The notes under the pieces are model-generated. The model ran no database searches and was not told the origin of the DNA. It saw only the letters and a list, made by a program, of their open reading frames with translations. Of a stretch of DNA of 64,000 bases, positions 60,435-64,000 are shown one piece after another. The stretch spans positions 249,862,001 to 249,926,000 of the forward strand of contig NC_086097.1 in assembly GCF_963921235.1 (NCBI RefSeq), written 5' to 3'. This DNA comes from Mobula hypostoma. Taxonomy: Eukaryota. The translations under genes and the position numbers were made by a program. Position 1 is the stretch's first letter. Each line of letters opens with the position of its first letter.

Positions 60435-63290
60435 TCTGGATCCACAAAGCAATCTCCCCTTGGATCCCATTCCTCCTTACTTTCTTAAGCCTTGCATGGG
60501 GTACCTTGTCAAATGCCATGCTGAAATCCATATACACTACATCTACGGCTCTACCTTCATCAATGTGTTTAGTCACATCCTCAAAAAAATTCAATCAGGC
60601 TCGTAAGGCATGACCTGCCTTTGACGAAGCCCTGCTGACTATTCCTAATCATATTATCCTTCTCCAAATGTTCATAAGTCCTGCCTCTCAGGATCTTCTC
60701 CATCAACTTACCAACCACCGAAGTAAGACTCACTAGTCTATAATTTCCTGGCCTATCTCTACTCCCTTTCTTGAATAAGGTACAACATCTGCAACCCTCC
60801 AATCCTCTGGAACCTCTCCCGTCCCCATTGATGATGCAAAGATCATTGCCAGAGGTTCAGCAATTTCCTCCCTCGCCTCTCTTAATATTTATATATTCAA
60901 GCATTTCAGTCTGCTGTAAGTCATCCCTACAATCGCCAAGATCCTTTTCCGTAATGAATACTGAAGCAAAGTACTCATTGAGTACCTCTGCTACCTCCTC
61001 CGGTTCCATTCACACTTTTCCATTGTCACATTTGATTGGTCCTGTTCTCTCACATCTTATCCTCTTGCTTTTCACATACTTGTAGAATGCCTTGGGGTTT
61101 TCCTTAATCCTGTCCGCCAAGGCCTTCTCATGGCTCCTTCTGGCTCTCCTAATTTCATTTCTGAGCTCCTTCCTGCTAGTCTTATCTTCTAGATCTCTAT
61201 CATTACCTAGTTTTTTTGAACCTTTCGCAAACTTTTCTTCTTGACTAGATTTCCAACAGGCTTTGTACACCACGGTTCCTGTACCCTACCGTCCTTTCCC
61301 TGTCTCATTGGAACGTACCTATGCATAACTCCATGCAAATATCCCCTGAACATTTGCCACATATCTTCCGTACATTTTCCTGAGAACATCTGTTCCCAAC
61401 TTATGCTTCCAAGTTTCTGCCTGATAGCCTCATATTTCCCCTTACTCCAATTAAATGCTTTCCTAACTTGTCTGTTCCTATCCCTCTCCAATGCTATGGT
61501 AAAGGAGATAGAATTGTGATCACTATCTACAAAATGCTCTCCCACTGAGAGATCTGACACATGACCAGATTCATTTCCCAATTCCAGATCAAGTACAGCC
61601 TTTTCTCTTGTAGGCTTATCTACATATTGTGTATAGAAACCTTTCTGAACACAGCTAACAAATTCCACCCCATCTAAACCCCTTGATCCAGGGAGATGCC
61701 AATCAATATTTGGGAAATTAAAATCTCCCACCACAACAACCCTGTCATTATTACACCTTTCCAGAATCTGTCTTCCTATCTACTCCTCGATGTCTCTGTT
61801 ACTATTGGGTGGTCTAAAGAGTTATTGACCCTTTCCTGTTCCTAACTTCCACCCATAGAGACTCCATAGACAATCCCTCCATGACTTCCTCCTTTTCTGC
61901 AGCCGTGATACTATCTCTGATCAACAGTGCCACTCTCCCACCTCTTTTGCCTCCCACCCTGTCCTTTCTGAAACCTCTAAAGCCTGGCAGTCGAAATAAC
62001 TATTTCTGCCCCTGAGCCTTCCAAGTCTCTGTGATGGCCACCACATCATGGCTCCAAGTACTGATCCACACTTCAAGCTCATCCACTTTGTTCATAATAC
62101 TCCTTGCATTAAAATAGACACATCTCAAACCATCGGTCTGAGCGTGTCCCTTCTCTATCACCTGCTTATCCTCTCTCTCGCACTGTCTCCAAGGTTTCTC
62201 TATTTGTAAGCCAACTGCCTTTTCCTCTGTCTCTTCATTTCAGTTCCCACCCCTCAGCAATTCTAGTTTAAACTCTCCCCGATAGCCTTAGCAAACCTCC
62301 TTGCCAGGTTATTGGTCCCCCTGGGATTCAAGTGCAACCCATCCTTTTTGTACAGATCACACCTGCCCCAAAAGAGGTCCAAATGATCCAGAAATCTGAA
62401 TCCCTGCCCCCTGCTCCAATCCTTCAGCCATGCATTTATCCTCCACCTCATTCTATTACTATACTCACTGTCACGTGGCACAGGCAGTAATCTTGAGATT
62501 ACTACCTTTGAGGTCCTGCTTTTCAACTTCCTTCCTAACTCCCTGTAGTCTGTTTTCAGGACCTCCTCCCTTTTCCTACCTATGTTGTTGATACCAATAT
62601 GTATCATGACCTCCGGCTGTTCTCCTTCCCACTTCAGGATGTCGTGGACGCGATCAGAAACATCCCGGACCCTGGCACCTGGGAGGCAAACTACCATCCG
62701 TGTTTCTTTCCTGCATCCACAGAATCGCCTTTCTGACCCCCTAATTATAGAGTCCCCAATCACTGCTGCCATCCTCTTCCTTTCCCTACCCTGCTGAGCC
62801 ATAGGGTCAGACCCTGTGCCAGAGGTGCAGCCACTGTTGCTTCCCCCAGGTAGGTCGCTCCCCCCAACAGTACTCAAGCAGAACTATTGATTGTTAAGGG
62901 GGACAGTCACTGGGGTGCTCTCTAGCCTCTGACTCTTGTCCTTCCCTCTCCTGACTGTTACCCATTTATCTGTCTCCCGAGTCCCTGGTGTGACTACTTG
63001 CCTATAGCTCCTCTCTATCACCTCCTCACTTTCCCTGACCAGACAAAGGTCATCAATCTCCAGTTCCCTAACGTGGTCCTTAAGGAGCTGCAGCTCGACG
63101 CATACAGATCTGGCCGTCTGGGAGGCTGGGAGTCTCCAGGACTTCCTACATCTGACACCAAGCACAGAACACCGGCCTCACACACATACTCCCTGTTTGT
63201 ATTCTACACAGGGAACGTACCTCACCTCGACCAGTTAACGCCTAAGCTCCATTCAGCCAAAGCCTTCCTACTCTGTCTCCCTCTACAGTC
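60435..63290 (-). mobile_element. CR1-clade LINE 5' portion (esterase ORF1 + APE/RT start), same family as 17640-21800
   Basis: IGDSIIRG...VVCLPGARV...YKKDGLHLNPRG (SGNH), VGDFNFPNIDW and NYRLVSLTSVVGK. Confidence 0.9.
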
Positions 63291-64000
63291 ACATACAGCA
63301 CAAGGTACATGTAGCACATATAAGATAGCAAGCAAGTTATAAGTTATCAGTAAATAATAGTCTCACAAAAAAATAGTCCAAGTCCCCAAGTCCATGAATG
63401 GTGCAGCAGTGTGCAGTCGTACACAATACAGCTTGTCCTCTGCCAAGCAAACTCTGGGGGGCAGCTCTGACTCCAGCTTGGATGCTGCACCACAGTGCCC
63501 TCAGCATTCTGATGGAGCACACTGATTCTGATGCCTCTCTCCTGGGCAATTCTAAACAAGTGATACCATGGTTGGAGGTTTAGTCCTTGATACGACTGAG
63601 GACATGCAGCTTCCTCGGTGACTTGGACTTGCAGCATTCCACATTAACAATGTCCAACGGGTCCTTGCGATCACAAGAAAAGTAACTAAGTCGATCACTG
63701 CATATGGCCTTCATGTACCAACTCTTCCGACACCTATCTGACGCAGCCAGCAGTACAATTTGCGCCGTCCAGCTCCTTCAGTTTCTTAGCCAACGAGCAA
63801 CTTACTGATGCAGTAGACCCGCAGTATTTTAAGTTATTATCGTCCAATAGAGCCTTGTGATCATAAAAAATCTGTTTTAAGAGGGACAGTACCACCTTTA
63901 GTTGACCCAATAGAAGGTGCTACAATCAAACATACAGCCTGCTGACTCTCTAAAGAGCCACAGTGTGGATTGCCACAATTTTGGCAATAATGTCATAGGT

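Noticed and set aside
55107..64000. DSCC1 exon 4
   Set aside because: No YTTEDLL-like exon was found by eye; it probably lies beyond the window.

Overview
Vertebrate genomic DNA, most likely a cartilaginous fish (ray/shark; inferred from the repeat landscape, not proven). There are two host genes in head-to-head order: DEPTOR coding exon 1 (minus strand, 814-899) and DSCC1 coding exons 1-3 (plus strand, 22472-55106; the gene continues past the window). Most of the rest is decayed and often nested transposable elements: CR1, Rex1/Babar-like and L1 LINEs, Penelope-like elements, tRNA/RTE SINEs, two Tc1 transposons, a Chapaev3-type transposon, hAT MITEs, a Helitron, a solo LTR and an ORF1-only half-L1. 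The most notable signals are RNA structures. An apparently intact HDV-like self-cleaving ribozyme with an extra hairpin in L3 starts a 555-bp non-autonomous RTE-type element on the sense strand of DSCC1 intron 1. Several minimal hammerhead motifs are carried by Penelope-derived repeats. Coordinates defined by TSDs, TIRs or splice sites were read by hand; boundaries of degraded LINE fragments are approximate.
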